DNA of 50,584 bases from an uncultured Flavobacteriales bacterium (GCA_963991165.1 CAXDOW010000003.1:1-50584), one strand, 5' to 3'. Positions 8,319 through 18,705 are shown, counted from the stretch's first letter. Notes: a model not told the origin generated them from the sequence alone. Made by a program: numbers and translations.

Positions 8319-11180
8319 ATGATAGAACTACTGCAATCCGTACTAGCAAACGAGGGTTTATATCATCTTGCGGGGCATAACGACTATGAACCCATAAAGA
8401 GAAAGATCAAATTTTTTGATTCCTTAGACGATGCTGAAAGTATATGCAATAGTTTTTTAGATGAAGATCGAAACGTATACTTTGCATTAGGAACTTTTAA
8501 AGATGAAAAAGCAAAGAAGCCACGAGGTAAAGATAACGTAAAATTTTTAAAGTGCATCTGGTTAGATATAGATTCTGGAGATGCTAAAACTTACAAAACA
8601 AAAGATGAGGCATTAGAAGCTTTATCTACTTTTCTTTCTGATTCTAAATTACCTATACCTTGGATTGTGGATTCCGGTAATGGTTATCATGTATATTGGC
8701 CTTTTGATAAACCACTAACAGTAGAAGAGTGGCAACCTCTGGCTATGTCTTTGATTGACTTGTGTCTTCAACATAAATTGAATATAGATGCAGGAGTAAC
8801 TAAAGACGCTGCAAGAATATTAAGAGTACCAAACACAAAGAACTTTAAGTCTGACCCACCGAAAGATGTGCAAGTGATACAAGCTTGCCCAACAGAATAC
8901 GACATAGATGAAATCAAAAATTTACTACCCATTGGAGAAGTAGTAGAAGTTACTAAGTCAGCCAGACCCGCACCTGTTTTTGATGTAAAAGAAAAACCAG
9001 AACTCAGCAATATGACTTTCTTGTTTTCTACTTTACTAAACAAATCTAAACGAGGTAAAGGTTGTGAACAAATAAAGTATGCGTATGAAAACCAAAAAGA
9101 TGTAAGTTACGATTTATGGAGGGCGGTGCTCTCAGTAGCAGAGTATTGTGAAGATAAAGATACTGCTATGCATCTCATGTCAAAAGATTATGATAAATAC
9201 AATCCAGAGGAAACAGAAAAAGTAACATCTGGAACTAGAAGTGAGAACTCAAAACCTTTTTTATGTGCAACATTTGCACAGTACAATCCCGGTGGATGTG
9301 ATAAGTGCATACACAAAGATAAAATAAACAGTCCGTATAAATTAGCAAAAGTTGTAGAAGAAGATGCAATACCAGAAAGTTTAGATGATTTAGTTGCTCC
9401 ATATAAAAATGTAGCACCTGTAGAAGAAGTAGAAGAAGTAGAAGAAGTAGAAATCGAAGATCAACAGTTTGATGAGAAGACTCAGTATGTTATGCCAAAA
9501 CCATACTTTAGAGGTAAACAAGGCGGAATATTTTTCACTACAAAAGACGAAGAGCAAAAACTAATTTATAAGTATGATCTATTTGTAACTCAAAGAATCT
9601 ATGACGACCAAGAAGGAGAGAGTATTTGTTTTAGATTAATCTTGCCGCATGATTCCCCACGTAATTTTACTTTGAAAGCAGAGGAGATATCGACAACGGA
9701 TACGTTTGCAAAAAGGATGGCAAACAAAGGAGTGCTTTCAACGACATATAAATTAATTCGTGAGTATGTGTTTGCGGCTATCCTACAGTTACAAAACAAA
9801 AAAGAATCTGATACTGCTCACCATCAGTTTGGTTGGACAACTAAAAAATCATTTGTAGTTGGTTCAGTAGAGTTTACTGCAGACGGTAGAAAGAGATATG
9901 CCCCACCTACAGTGGTTACTTCTGACATGATTGATTGGTATCACAGTGCCGGGAATTTAGAGAAATGGAAAGAGGTATATAACAGCTACAACAAAGATGG
10001 TTTAGAAGGTAGTGCGTTTGCGGCTTTGTCTGCTTTTGGTGCTCCGTTGTTAAAGATAGGTACAGCGTTCAATGGTATTTTCTTAAATGTAAAACATAAC
10101 GATAGTGGTTCTGGAAAGTCTACTATATTAAGAGTTATCAATTCAGTTTGGGGACATCCAGAAAAACCGCTACGTGCACCGCATGACACTAATAATGCGT
10201 TGGCACAACGTATGGGTTGCTTAAATAATTTACCTTTTACTATTGATGAGTTATCAAACACAAAACCAGAGGAGATATCTAACTTACTATATGCTGCTAC
10301 ACAAGGTAGAGGTAAAGATAGAATGGAGAACAATCGTAACGCCAACCGATATAACAAAACAACGTGGTCTACGATCACAGTAACAAGTGGTAACTCTTCA
10401 TACTACGGTAAACTACGATTGATAAAAGATTCTCCAAAAGGTGAACTTATGCGATGTGTAGAATACCCTGTTAGTTTGAAAGATATTATATCTGTTGAAG
10501 AAGGTAGAAGATTGTTTGATGATGTTCTTCTTAATAACTATGGTCTAGCGTGGGAGCCATACATGTGTGCGGTGCAACAGAACAAAGAAGCTGTCATTGA
10601 AAGAGTTCGTAAGATGGCTACAGAGATAAACAAGTCTTTGAATCTAACATCAGCATACAGGTTCTATTCTTCTTTAGGAGCAGTCAATATAGTGGGTGGA
10701 CAGGTCGCTCAAGAAAAAGGCTTACATGACTATAATTTAAAACACTTGTATGAATTTTTTAAAGATATGGTATCGCAGATTCGTAGTAACGAGAAACTAG
10801 ATACTAAAGATCACTCAGAAATGTTAGGTAGATTTTTGACAGACAACCATAGAAAGTATACTTTGATTATTCAAAGTACATCAGATGGTAGAAAAGGTGG
10901 TAATTTAGAACGTCCACAGCATGAGCCTATGGATAGTATCAAGATAAGATACGAGCCTGATTTACAAAAGTATTATGTGGATAAGAAGTTTTTTACACAG
11001 TATTGTGCTCAACAACAGATAGACTGTGAAGACTTAATTGATGCTCTTAGAACGAAGAAGTTTGTTATGGGCTTTAAAAAGAAAGCCATGGCTAAAGGCA
11101 CAGCGGCTAGTTCACTTGCAATTGACACAATAGTGTTAGATGCTAAGAAGATAGATGATATCACTTACAAAGAGGAATGA
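8319..11180 (+). CDS. Primase-helicase (AEP/RepB-type primase plus DUF927-like helicase region)
   Basis: WLDID, SGNGYHVYW, RILRVP primase motifs; Cys cluster C...CDKC; Walker A SGSGKST, Walker B TIDE. Confidence 0.88.
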   Translation: MIELLQSVLANEGLYHLAGHNDYEPIKRKIKFFDSLDDAESICNSFLDEDRNVYFALGTFKDEKAKKPRGKDNVKFLKCIWLDIDSGDAKTYKTKDEALEALSTFLSDSKLPIPWIVDSGNGYHVYWPFDKPLTVEEWQPLAMSLIDLCLQHKLNIDAGVTKDAARILRVPNTKNFKSDPPKDVQVIQACPTEYDIDEIKNLLPIGEVVEVTKSARPAPVFDVKEKPELSNMTFLFSTLLNKSKRGKGCEQIKYAYENQKDVSYDLWRAVLSVAEYCEDKDTAMHLMSKDYDKYNPEETEKVTSGTRSENSKPFLCATFAQYNPGGCDKCIHKDKINSPYKLAKVVEEDAIPESLDDLVAPYKNVAPVEEVEEVEEVEIEDQQFDEKTQYVMPKPYFRGKQGGIFFTTKDEEQKLIYKYDLFVTQRIYDDQEGESICFRLILPHDSPRNFTLKAEEISTTDTFAKRMANKGVLSTTYKLIREYVFAAILQLQNKKESDTAHHQFGWTTKKSFVVGSVEFTADGRKRYAPPTVVTSDMIDWYHSAGNLEKWKEVYNSYNKDGLEGSAFAALSAFGAPLLKIGTAFNGIFLNVKHNDSGSGKSTILRVINSVWGHPEKPLRAPHDTNNALAQRMGCLNNLPFTIDELSNTKPEEISNLLYAATQGRGKDRMENNRNANRYNKTTWSTITVTSGNSSYYGKLRLIKDSPKGELMRCVEYPVSLKDIISVEEGRRLFDDVLLNNYGLAWEPYMCAVQQNKEAVIERVRKMATEINKSLNLTSAYRFYSSLGAVNIVGGQVAQEKGLHDYNLKHLYEFFKDMVSQIRSNEKLDTKDHSEMLGRFLTDNHRKYTLIIQSTSDGRKGGNLERPQHEPMDSIKIRYEPDLQKYYVDKKFFTQYCAQQQIDCEDLIDALRTKKFVMGFKKKAMAKGTAASSLAIDTIVLDAKKIDDITYKEE
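9420..9452 (+). repeat. 9-bp tandem repeat encoding an acidic linker
   Basis: (GTAGAAGAA)x3 + GTAGAA = VEEVEEVEEVE. Confidence 0.85.
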
Positions 11181-11371
11181 AATCTGACGGTGTAGACTTT
11201 ATAGTGCCATGGTTGGAATTTGAGGTGGGCACTTCTGTCTTTGTTCCTACACTCCACCCAAAGAAGACATTGTATGCTTTCCGTAAAGAAGCTAACATAA
11301 GAGGCATAAACTTCCTTCACCGTTTGGTAGTAGAAGATGGCATACAAGGCTTGCGTTTTTGGAGAACTTAG
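11177..11371 (+). CDS. Small hypothetical protein
   Basis: ATGA overlap with primase stop; last gene of the + strand module. Confidence 0.7.
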   Translation: MKSDGVDFIVPWLEFEVGTSVFVPTLHPKKTLYAFRKEANIRGINFLHRLVVEDGIQGLRFWRT

Positions 11372-11379
11372 AATATTCT
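11351..11379 (+). promoter_or_regulatory. Sigma70-type promoter with no downstream CDS
   Basis: TTGCGT (11351-11356), 17 bp, TATTCT (11374-11379). Confidence 0.5.
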
Positions 11380-11384
11380 AAATG

Positions 11385-11464
11385 AAAGTATTCATACTTT
11401 CTCCTTCAAATCCCCGGGGGTTTTTTGTTGTTTTTCCTTTTTTCCTACTCTCGGGGTCTTTTTT
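11385..11464 (+). ncRNA. Candidate anti-RBS small RNA
   Basis: Upstream promoter, 5' hairpin, 17-nt segment complementary to RBS+ATG of gene 5957, terminal G-U-containing stem and T tract. Confidence 0.55.
11412..11464 (+). terminator. Intrinsic terminator at the convergent junction
   Basis: CCCCGGGGG (11412-11420) pairs with CTCTCGGGG (11448-11456) using two G-U pairs, then TCTTTTTT. Confidence 0.6.
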
Positions 11465-14400
11465 AAACTTCAGAATCGTCATCAGTAAGCAGTGTTTGGT
11501 ATGGTTTTAACCGTTTCTGCAAACTTTTATTTAAACTAACCCCGTCAAATACTTTAGTTTTTGTAAATTTTTTCCTTATCTTCCTAGACTTAGTTATAAA
11601 TTTTCTATCCATTTTTAGCTCTGGTATAGCCTTATTAAACGGAACTATTTCTTCCCTATAAAACTCTTTAGCTTGCGGTGAATTTACGCCGTGTAATCTC
11701 TCTAAGAAGAAGTATCTATCTGCTAACCTGTTTTTACGTTTAAGTATAGACTGCTCTATATTTTTAGATTTTCTATTAACTTCATACTGTAAAGAAACTC
11801 TAGCTGGAGAGAAACCCATAAACTGAAAGATCATTTCTCTAGTCATTAAATCTTCAACAACAGGATCACCCCTTTTAGTTAGCACCCCACCTTCTAATTC
11901 ATATCGAGTTGTTTTTAGTGGATTACGTAGAAATACAGGAGTCATCTTTTCGATTCCTCTTATAGTGTGTCCTTGAACAATATCATCAATACCTTTCAAA
12001 GCTCCTCTACCTAAAGAAAAACCTGCCCCTAATAATTCATCAAATATATAACTTGCTTTTTCAGAAGGGGAGTGTTCTGGTATTTCTCTAAGTCCTAGCA
12101 CTCCACCAACAAACGGCAAAGAAGGATCTACATTTCCACCACCCAATAAAAAACTACCTTGATATCCAACCCTAGAGGATATGTCCATACCCGTTACTTC
12201 ATTTAATAACCCTTTGTATACAATTCTTGCACCTTTTGCTCCCAAAGTACCTTCTAAAGCTTCCATAATTGCTAGGTCAGCATCATACGGTACATTTTTA
12301 TCGTGGAACGGAGATATTGGGGAACCAAAAATAAAATTTAAAAGATCTCTTACTATGTAGTAAAATGGCATACCAGCAGCACCCGCCATCCCAGCAGACA
12401 TAGTCATTAAAGCTGTAAATTGTTGCAGTGCTACTCTACGAGCCTTTGGATTTGCATTTCGTATCGCTTCTTTAAATAAGTTTATATATACAGATGCCAT
12501 AAATGCAGGGAATTTTTTAAACATCCCTATAAACCTAATTGCTGGATTCATAAACGGAGCAGGGGCTTGATCGGATGCATAAGAACCTTGCGATTCGGTA
12601 ATCATATCATTTGTAAAATCAAACAACTCTTTTTTATTAGTTATTTTACCTCTACCAACTATAGGATATTTTTTAGCTAGTCTAAGTGCAGCTAAACCTG
12701 TTACCTCTCTATTTAAAAGCTCTACCTTTTGAAACATAAAAGCTGACCACTTATTAAATCTTTCTAATATGACAGATGTTTCTGTAGCATTTTCAAACGC
12801 TAAGTTCATATCATACATGTGCATACCAGAACGCATTTCACCTAAGTTATCGTTATACTCAAGCATTTCTAATTCTTCTCTGGTAAGACCATATTGTTTT
12901 TTTAATTGTGCGTCATCTAAAAGTTTTAATTCTTCTAAACGCTCTGAATACGTATATTTACCAAGCATACCACTTGCTCTTATTACAGATTTGTATGCTC
13001 CTATAACTTCACTAATCACTTCAGATGTTCTACTAAAACCAAATTTACCAGTTAATAAAGGCACTGTAACGCCGGGAACCTGTGTGAAATTAATAAATGC
13101 AGATGCGGGGTTATAACCTAAGTACCATAAAAAACCTAATCGGTTTCCAAAATTAGCAATCCTATCAAAAACAGTTGGTAAGTTTTGTTGGTTTTGCCTA
13201 ATAGAAACTAACCGATCTGCATATGATCTGGCTCTACTTTTTTTACGTACAGCGTCTGGTGTATTACCTGCGGTATCTCGTATTTGTTGGTCTAAACTTC
13301 TATATTCTTTTTCAAAGTCAGCAGCATACTCTATACTACCTATTTGCGTTGCATAACGGTTTGACATTTCACCTACCACTTGTAGAACATCTGTCATATA
13401 TCCCGGAGTTCCTTTTCTACGTTCAACTAGATTTCTTCTAACTGAAGTATCTGGAAACAAATGCATAGATAACTTTCTTAAATCTTGTTTAAGATTTTGC
13501 ATATCATTAATTCTTTTTAATCTAGTAGCTTCATCTATATTAGGATTGTTTTTTATATCCTGTGCTACTTTATTTAACTCTGCGTTTAACGTATCACTAA
13601 AATTATTTAGTCTATTTAGAACTCTTCCATTTATACTTTTATCTCCGGTCATTTCAGAGTCTCTAAAATACTCTATTTGTATATTTTTATTTTCTCTATT
13701 TAACTTATCAATAGCTTCCGTGGCTTCTCTTTCTGTCGCATACTCACCACTAAATATTGGGTCGCCTTGTTTAACTTGTGTTACATCATTTCCTTCGCCA
13801 TCTTTTATTGTTTCTGTTTGTCTTGCAAATACAACGTGTTTTCCCTCTCTTAAAAAAGTAATGTAAGCATCAGAATCGGCTCGTTTAAATTGTTCTTTTA
13901 GGGTGTCAATCGTATTACGCACTTCTGGAGAAGTTTGACTGTCTGGTATACCAGCTTCCCCAGCTCTTGTTTTTATTTGCTTTATTAAGGTTTGTAAAAT
14001 TTTATTTCTAAAGTATGGGAATATATCAAATACACCTTTTAGTAGTTTCCTACCATTTTTATTCATACGATCTAAGGCTTGTAAATCAGACTGTAATTCA
14101 TCCCATACAGCAGCTTTATCTCTCTTCTCTTCTTTTAAAGTAGTAGGGTCAGAAAAAGTTATTGTCTTACCTTCATACCTAGAACGGCTTTCAAATGGGT
14201 TTACCTCTGTCCTAGAAGCTAAAAATGCAATCTCTGATAATTTAGCGTATGCTTCTCTATGGTTAAATTTAAATTCAATCAGAGGATCTATTATTTCTAC
14301 TTTTGCATATCTATTTAGTTCTTCTGTCAAAGCCCTAGATTTTTTGAATATTTCATTTATTCTTTGAGGTTGCAAAAACCCCATATTTTTCATCTCTCTT

Positions 14401-14585
14401 ACGATTGTTTTAGTAAAAGATAAACTAGAGTTCGTAATATCTACGATATTTTCTCTTATTTGATTAAGATCACTACCTGCTATTTTTTTGGCTGCGTTTG
14501 TGGCTACTGTTAAAGTGCTAGTTAAAAAAGCCCGAGGGTTATCTGCTAAACTCTCGTTAGCTGTCATCTCTTTACATACTTTCAT
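11463..14585 (-). CDS. Large internal virion/ejection protein (PLxRFG-like C-terminal region)
   Basis: 1040 aa, last late gene; LGYNPASAFINFTQVP segment; hydrophobic Gly/Ala stretch MSAGMAGAAGMPF. Confidence 0.6.
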   Translation of the reverse strand: MKVCKEMTANESLADNPRAFLTSTLTVATNAAKKIAGSDLNQIRENIVDITNSSLSFTKTIVREMKNMGFLQPQRINEIFKKSRALTEELNRYAKVEIIDPLIEFKFNHREAYAKLSEIAFLASRTEVNPFESRSRYEGKTITFSDPTTLKEEKRDKAAVWDELQSDLQALDRMNKNGRKLLKGVFDIFPYFRNKILQTLIKQIKTRAGEAGIPDSQTSPEVRNTIDTLKEQFKRADSDAYITFLREGKHVVFARQTETIKDGEGNDVTQVKQGDPIFSGEYATEREATEAIDKLNRENKNIQIEYFRDSEMTGDKSINGRVLNRLNNFSDTLNAELNKVAQDIKNNPNIDEATRLKRINDMQNLKQDLRKLSMHLFPDTSVRRNLVERRKGTPGYMTDVLQVVGEMSNRYATQIGSIEYAADFEKEYRSLDQQIRDTAGNTPDAVRKKSRARSYADRLVSIRQNQQNLPTVFDRIANFGNRLGFLWYLGYNPASAFINFTQVPGVTVPLLTGKFGFSRTSEVISEVIGAYKSVIRASGMLGKYTYSERLEELKLLDDAQLKKQYGLTREELEMLEYNDNLGEMRSGMHMYDMNLAFENATETSVILERFNKWSAFMFQKVELLNREVTGLAALRLAKKYPIVGRGKITNKKELFDFTNDMITESQGSYASDQAPAPFMNPAIRFIGMFKKFPAFMASVYINLFKEAIRNANPKARRVALQQFTALMTMSAGMAGAAGMPFYYIVRDLLNFIFGSPISPFHDKNVPYDADLAIMEALEGTLGAKGARIVYKGLLNEVTGMDISSRVGYQGSFLLGGGNVDPSLPFVGGVLGLREIPEHSPSEKASYIFDELLGAGFSLGRGALKGIDDIVQGHTIRGIEKMTPVFLRNPLKTTRYELEGGVLTKRGDPVVEDLMTREMIFQFMGFSPARVSLQYEVNRKSKNIEQSILKRKNRLADRYFFLERLHGVNSPQAKEFYREEIVPFNKAIPELKMDRKFITKSRKIRKKFTKTKVFDGVSLNKSLQKRLKPYQTLLTDDDSEV

Positions 14586-17095
14586 TTTTTACTCCCTGTA
14601 CAACCATCTGTCATAGACTCATTTACAACTTCATTTGTAGCTTTTTTAGTACCTTGAGGATCATCTGCGTCCTCTATGTTTTCGTTTGTGGCTTCTTTTA
14701 AATCTGCATTACTATCAAGAGTTGAATTTTCTGCTTCTTGTCTTATTTCGTTAATAAGATTATCTATAGCCATTCTTTCTTTTTGTAATTCTGTTTCAAC
14801 AGAACCATCTTTATCAGGATTTTCCCTTGCTTTTTTTAAATCCTCACCATAACTTTTTATCTCATCTATAATATTTTGAGTTTTTTCTGGATCTACTGAA
14901 ATTTCATCAGTCAAGTCTTTTAATTTTTCAAACGCATTATCAAAAAACTCAGTGTCACTACCAAACAATCCTTCTTTTAAATTACTATTGGTTGTGTTAA
15001 AACTTTTAACTAATTTTTGGCTTTCTAACTGTTTAGCCTGTAGTTGAGCAAGAAGTTTTTTGTTTTGTCTTTTTATCGCAGTTTTTGTTTTATCTTTGGG
15101 TATACGAAAACCTCTATTAGCACCTTGCTTTGTTTTAAAATCCTCAAGCCCAAATCGTTCAAACATTTCTATGTTAATTAGTTCATTAGCTCGTTCTTTT
15201 TCAGAGTCATTAAGATTACTGTTGTCTATGCGATCTAAGAATACATTTTCAGTTTCAGTAGCATTAAGTGGTCTTTTCTTTTCGTTTTTATTGTATTCTT
15301 TTATGTAATCTCTTAAAAAATTACGAGCTGCATCTTCTGGAGATCCCGCCTCTATTTTTATACGTGATTTCTTTCCCGTATCAGGATCAATTTCTTGCTC
15401 AAAACCAAAAATTTCTTCTACTTCTTTTTTCTCTTGAGCTTGTTCGTCAGCAGCAACAGTGCCTGTTGTCTTATTTTCATCTTCTAGTTTTTGCTTATTA
15501 GCTTTTTTCTTAGCGTCTTCGGCTTCCTTTCTTGCTCGTATTTCTGTGGTATGCGTGTCTGCAATTTTATTTGCTGCTATTCTTGCTAGTCTTAAATTTT
15601 CTTTTGTTTGGTTATAAAGTTCTTGACTAGATAAATCTTTTTCATCTTTGTATTGAAAGTCTATTTGTTTCTTTTGTCCCGTAGTATCTTTTTTCTTTTC
15701 TAGCACCTCTAGTTTTTGAGATTTTGCATAATCTAAAATCTTCTTAGCCATGCCTTTCAGACCGGGCATCATTTTTCTTAACTGTTCCTGTGTTTTCCTA
15801 TCAGTTTCTATATCTTGTGATTTACCTTTATTCAATAAAATATTTTGTTCGATATCTTCAAAACTATCTAATAGAGAAGTAAACACAGTGCTTGTCTCTG
15901 GCATATCATCAGTAGACTTGTCAATTAATTGTGCTACGGTAGGATTATAATCAGCAGCCTTAAATGATTTAACATCTTCGTTAAACCCTAAATCTACAAG
16001 ATTTTCTGGAGTAAAATCTACTTTATTGTTGTCAAAATCTGTGCGTACAGGAGATACGTATATGTCTGTTTGAGCCTCTTGATTTCTCGCAACTCTTTCT
16101 TCTCGTAACCCTCTTTCTTTTTCTGCTTGACCTTGTTGTTCAGCAGCCACCCTTGTAATTTTTTTAGCCGCAATGTCCAAGGCTCCTACTGGGCCACCAA
16201 GTAATGCTCCACCAACACCAGAGGCTATATACTCTCTGGTAGCTTCGGGGCCACTAAGTTCAGCTCCAGCACCAAAACGACTTATCATGTTTTGTATAAC
16301 TTCTTGCCCTCCTTCAATCGTAGCTCCTCTCAATGTACCGAGAGTAAAGGAGTCACTATCAAGTAACCTACCAAGAGCGGGCAGCATACCTCGAGATTGT
16401 GCAGTCTCTACTATTTCTTCCCCAACTTTTTGTTGAGCAGCTTTTCCATTTTGTCCTAATAAGCTTTGTAGTCTTGGGAAAGCAGCTAAAGTAACTCTAT
16501 CTAAAGCACCTGAAGCAAAACTAGAACCTAAGATTTTTGCAGTATCGGGATCAATCGGACTTTCACCTTTATCTACACCCTCTTGAGATAATCTAGCCTG
16601 TCTTCCTGCAATCTCAGGGGTATACTGTGCGGCTGCAAGAGTACTAAATACACCAGCACCAAGAAGAGGCGTACCAAAAAAACTAGCTATGCCGCCACCT
16701 ATGGTGGGTAAAGCCATTTGCCCTAAACTACCACCTAATAATTCTTTAAAAAACTGACCGCCTTTACCTACTCTTTCTAAAGCTGTACCTTCACCAATAT
16801 CATAAAAATCTTGATATTTATACTCAGGGTCAGTATCTTCTATTAAAGCTTTTCTTGTTTCAGCAGAAGGGTCAGCTAAATATCGCAATGCTTCTGGAAG
16901 ACCGCCGATAGTTTGCAGACCTTCTCCTAATGCACCTGCAAATCCAGCTTGTTCTTTTTCTTTAGGGCCAATACCTCCAAGAATGTCATCGGGTAACGCA
17001 TCATAGTATGCGTTATAAACTTCATCATCAGAAGTTCCCTCTGGAAACGTGAGTTCTCTGCCACTCGGTAAAGTTATAAACCTCTCAGTAGCCAT
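14582..17095 (-). CDS. Internal virion/ejection protein
   Basis: 837 aa; Gly/Ala-rich hydrophobic N-half (EGGQE...GGALLGG), charged coiled-coil C-half. Confidence 0.6.
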   Translation of the reverse strand: MATERFITLPSGRELTFPEGTSDDEVYNAYYDALPDDILGGIGPKEKEQAGFAGALGEGLQTIGGLPEALRYLADPSAETRKALIEDTDPEYKYQDFYDIGEGTALERVGKGGQFFKELLGGSLGQMALPTIGGGIASFFGTPLLGAGVFSTLAAAQYTPEIAGRQARLSQEGVDKGESPIDPDTAKILGSSFASGALDRVTLAAFPRLQSLLGQNGKAAQQKVGEEIVETAQSRGMLPALGRLLDSDSFTLGTLRGATIEGGQEVIQNMISRFGAGAELSGPEATREYIASGVGGALLGGPVGALDIAAKKITRVAAEQQGQAEKERGLREERVARNQEAQTDIYVSPVRTDFDNNKVDFTPENLVDLGFNEDVKSFKAADYNPTVAQLIDKSTDDMPETSTVFTSLLDSFEDIEQNILLNKGKSQDIETDRKTQEQLRKMMPGLKGMAKKILDYAKSQKLEVLEKKKDTTGQKKQIDFQYKDEKDLSSQELYNQTKENLRLARIAANKIADTHTTEIRARKEAEDAKKKANKQKLEDENKTTGTVAADEQAQEKKEVEEIFGFEQEIDPDTGKKSRIKIEAGSPEDAARNFLRDYIKEYNKNEKKRPLNATETENVFLDRIDNSNLNDSEKERANELINIEMFERFGLEDFKTKQGANRGFRIPKDKTKTAIKRQNKKLLAQLQAKQLESQKLVKSFNTTNSNLKEGLFGSDTEFFDNAFEKLKDLTDEISVDPEKTQNIIDEIKSYGEDLKKARENPDKDGSVETELQKERMAIDNLINEIRQEAENSTLDSNADLKEATNENIEDADDPQGTKKATNEVVNESMTDGCTGSKK

Positions 17096-17100
17096 GTTAT

Positions 17101-18705
17101 TTACCTAGTTTCTCTGGTTCCTATTTGTGGTGTTCCTCCTACACCTTGTGTTGCCCCACTTATTATTACACCAGCCATTTTCATAGCTTGTTCTTCATCT
17201 AAATTAGGCATCAAATCTACTAAGACATCAAGAAAACCTTTTTGAGCAGCCAAAAAGTCTTTTTGAGTCATTGCACCAGAATTTTTATTAGCCATAGCTT
17301 GATAGTATTTACCTAGTTCTCTCCTATAAAGTTCGGTGCTCATAGCTTTCCGTGCTTCATTTCTTAACTGTTCTTCTTTTGCAGCTATATCTACATTTAC
17401 TTTTTGAACATCAAGTTTACGCTTCTCAAGATCTCTTTCAGCAGCTAGGATTTCTTTTACATTACCCTTTTGTTCAGCATCTAATCTTCTCTTTTCTGCT
17501 AACTCTAAATCTTCAAAGGCTCTCTCTGCTTTTCTCTCTGCTCCTTTTTCAAGAGCTAAACTCTTAGTATACGCACCTATACCTTTAGCAAGTGTTTGGC
17601 CGAGACTCATTCTTTTATCTGCTAAACCAGCTTCTGTAAGTGCACTTATACCTGCAAGTTGAGCTAATTCTTTATCTTTTGCTAATCTTTCTCTACCTTT
17701 TGCCAATACTTCTTCACTAAGATTACCGATACCTAATTTCTGTTCTAAGGCTTGTTTTTTAGCAAGATAATCTTGATCTTCCGGTACTGGTAATCTATCC
17801 AACTTAATACTTTGAAGAGCAGCTCTTGTTTGATCGGGAGCTAAAGAACCTATACCTTTTGTAACTTCTTTATCTAATTTTTCTGGCCCTACAGTTATTT
17901 CGCCACGTTCAATAGCCCTGTCGATTGCACCTGTATCAGATCTATCTGGGAAATATTCTGCTGCTTTAGGGTCTTCTTGTTTTCGTTTATATTCTTTATC
18001 AGCTTGTTCAAACTTATAATCTTGTAATTTTTTTAAATTTTCGGAAGATAATCTTTTATCCACGAATACCTTATCAAAAACATCTTGTAAATCAAGTAAA
18101 GAAGGTCTGAGTCCTCTGGACTTATATGTTGGTAGGTCTGGGAGAGATGCCTCAAAATCTTCAGCCGCAGTTGTAGGATCTAAACCTAATTGCTCCGCTA
18201 ATTTTTCATCCCGCCGTGCCATTTCTTCTCGAGCTAATCTTTTTGCTTTATCAGCAGGAGATTCAACGTATCCTCGTTCGTTATACCCCTCAACCACACC
18301 ACCAGAAGCCATCATTTTAGATGGTGGGGGTGGCATACCTTGTTCCATTTGGTTGACTATATTTGATAGACCTACATTTTCATCTTCAGCTAATCTTCTA
18401 CGCATATCAGCAAAAGCTAACTGTTGCATGTTTTGATCTGCGACAGTTTTAGGCATACCTGCTTTAGCAGCACCATCCATGAGCTGTGCTCTGTTCCGTC
18501 TATCTATTTCTAGTCCTACTAACGTGCCAACAGGAAAGGGTTGACCTTTAAGTTGAGCTAGACGTTCAGGTGGAAAAGAATTTGGATCTCTGAGAGCTAT
18601 TCGTAATTTTTCTAAATCCTGAGTTTTAAATGTGTTTGTACTAGGAACTGGTTTCATTGCTTGTGCTTGCGGTGGAACCATCCGTGGTTGTTGTCCTTGC
18701 ATCAT
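17101..18705 (-). CDS. Putative internal virion protein
   Basis: 534 aa helical, Cys-free, MASGG motif; in the ejection-protein block. Confidence 0.55.
   Translation of the reverse strand: MMQGQQPRMVPPQAQAMKPVPSTNTFKTQDLEKLRIALRDPNSFPPERLAQLKGQPFPVGTLVGLEIDRRNRAQLMDGAAKAGMPKTVADQNMQQLAFADMRRRLAEDENVGLSNIVNQMEQGMPPPPSKMMASGGVVEGYNERGYVESPADKAKRLAREEMARRDEKLAEQLGLDPTTAAEDFEASLPDLPTYKSRGLRPSLLDLQDVFDKVFVDKRLSSENLKKLQDYKFEQADKEYKRKQEDPKAAEYFPDRSDTGAIDRAIERGEITVGPEKLDKEVTKGIGSLAPDQTRAALQSIKLDRLPVPEDQDYLAKKQALEQKLGIGNLSEEVLAKGRERLAKDKELAQLAGISALTEAGLADKRMSLGQTLAKGIGAYTKSLALEKGAERKAERAFEDLELAEKRRLDAEQKGNVKEILAAERDLEKRKLDVQKVNVDIAAKEEQLRNEARKAMSTELYRRELGKYYQAMANKNSGAMTQKDFLAAQKGFLDVLVDLMPNLDEEQAMKMAGVIISGATQGVGGTPQIGTRETR

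Noticed and set aside
9420-9452. Tandem repeat as a phase-variation switch
   Set aside because: 9-bp unit keeps the frame and encodes an interdomain acidic linker
11378-11408. - strand minigene MNTFI with perfect SD
   Set aside because: Only 5 codons; + strand promoter and G-U stem polarity favour an antisense RNA reading, though it is not excluded
14582-14596. Programmed frameshift fusing the two largest ejection genes
   Set aside because: T AAA AAA is not a canonical in-frame slippery heptamer, and a GGAG SD with ATGA overlap explains the junction as translational coupling
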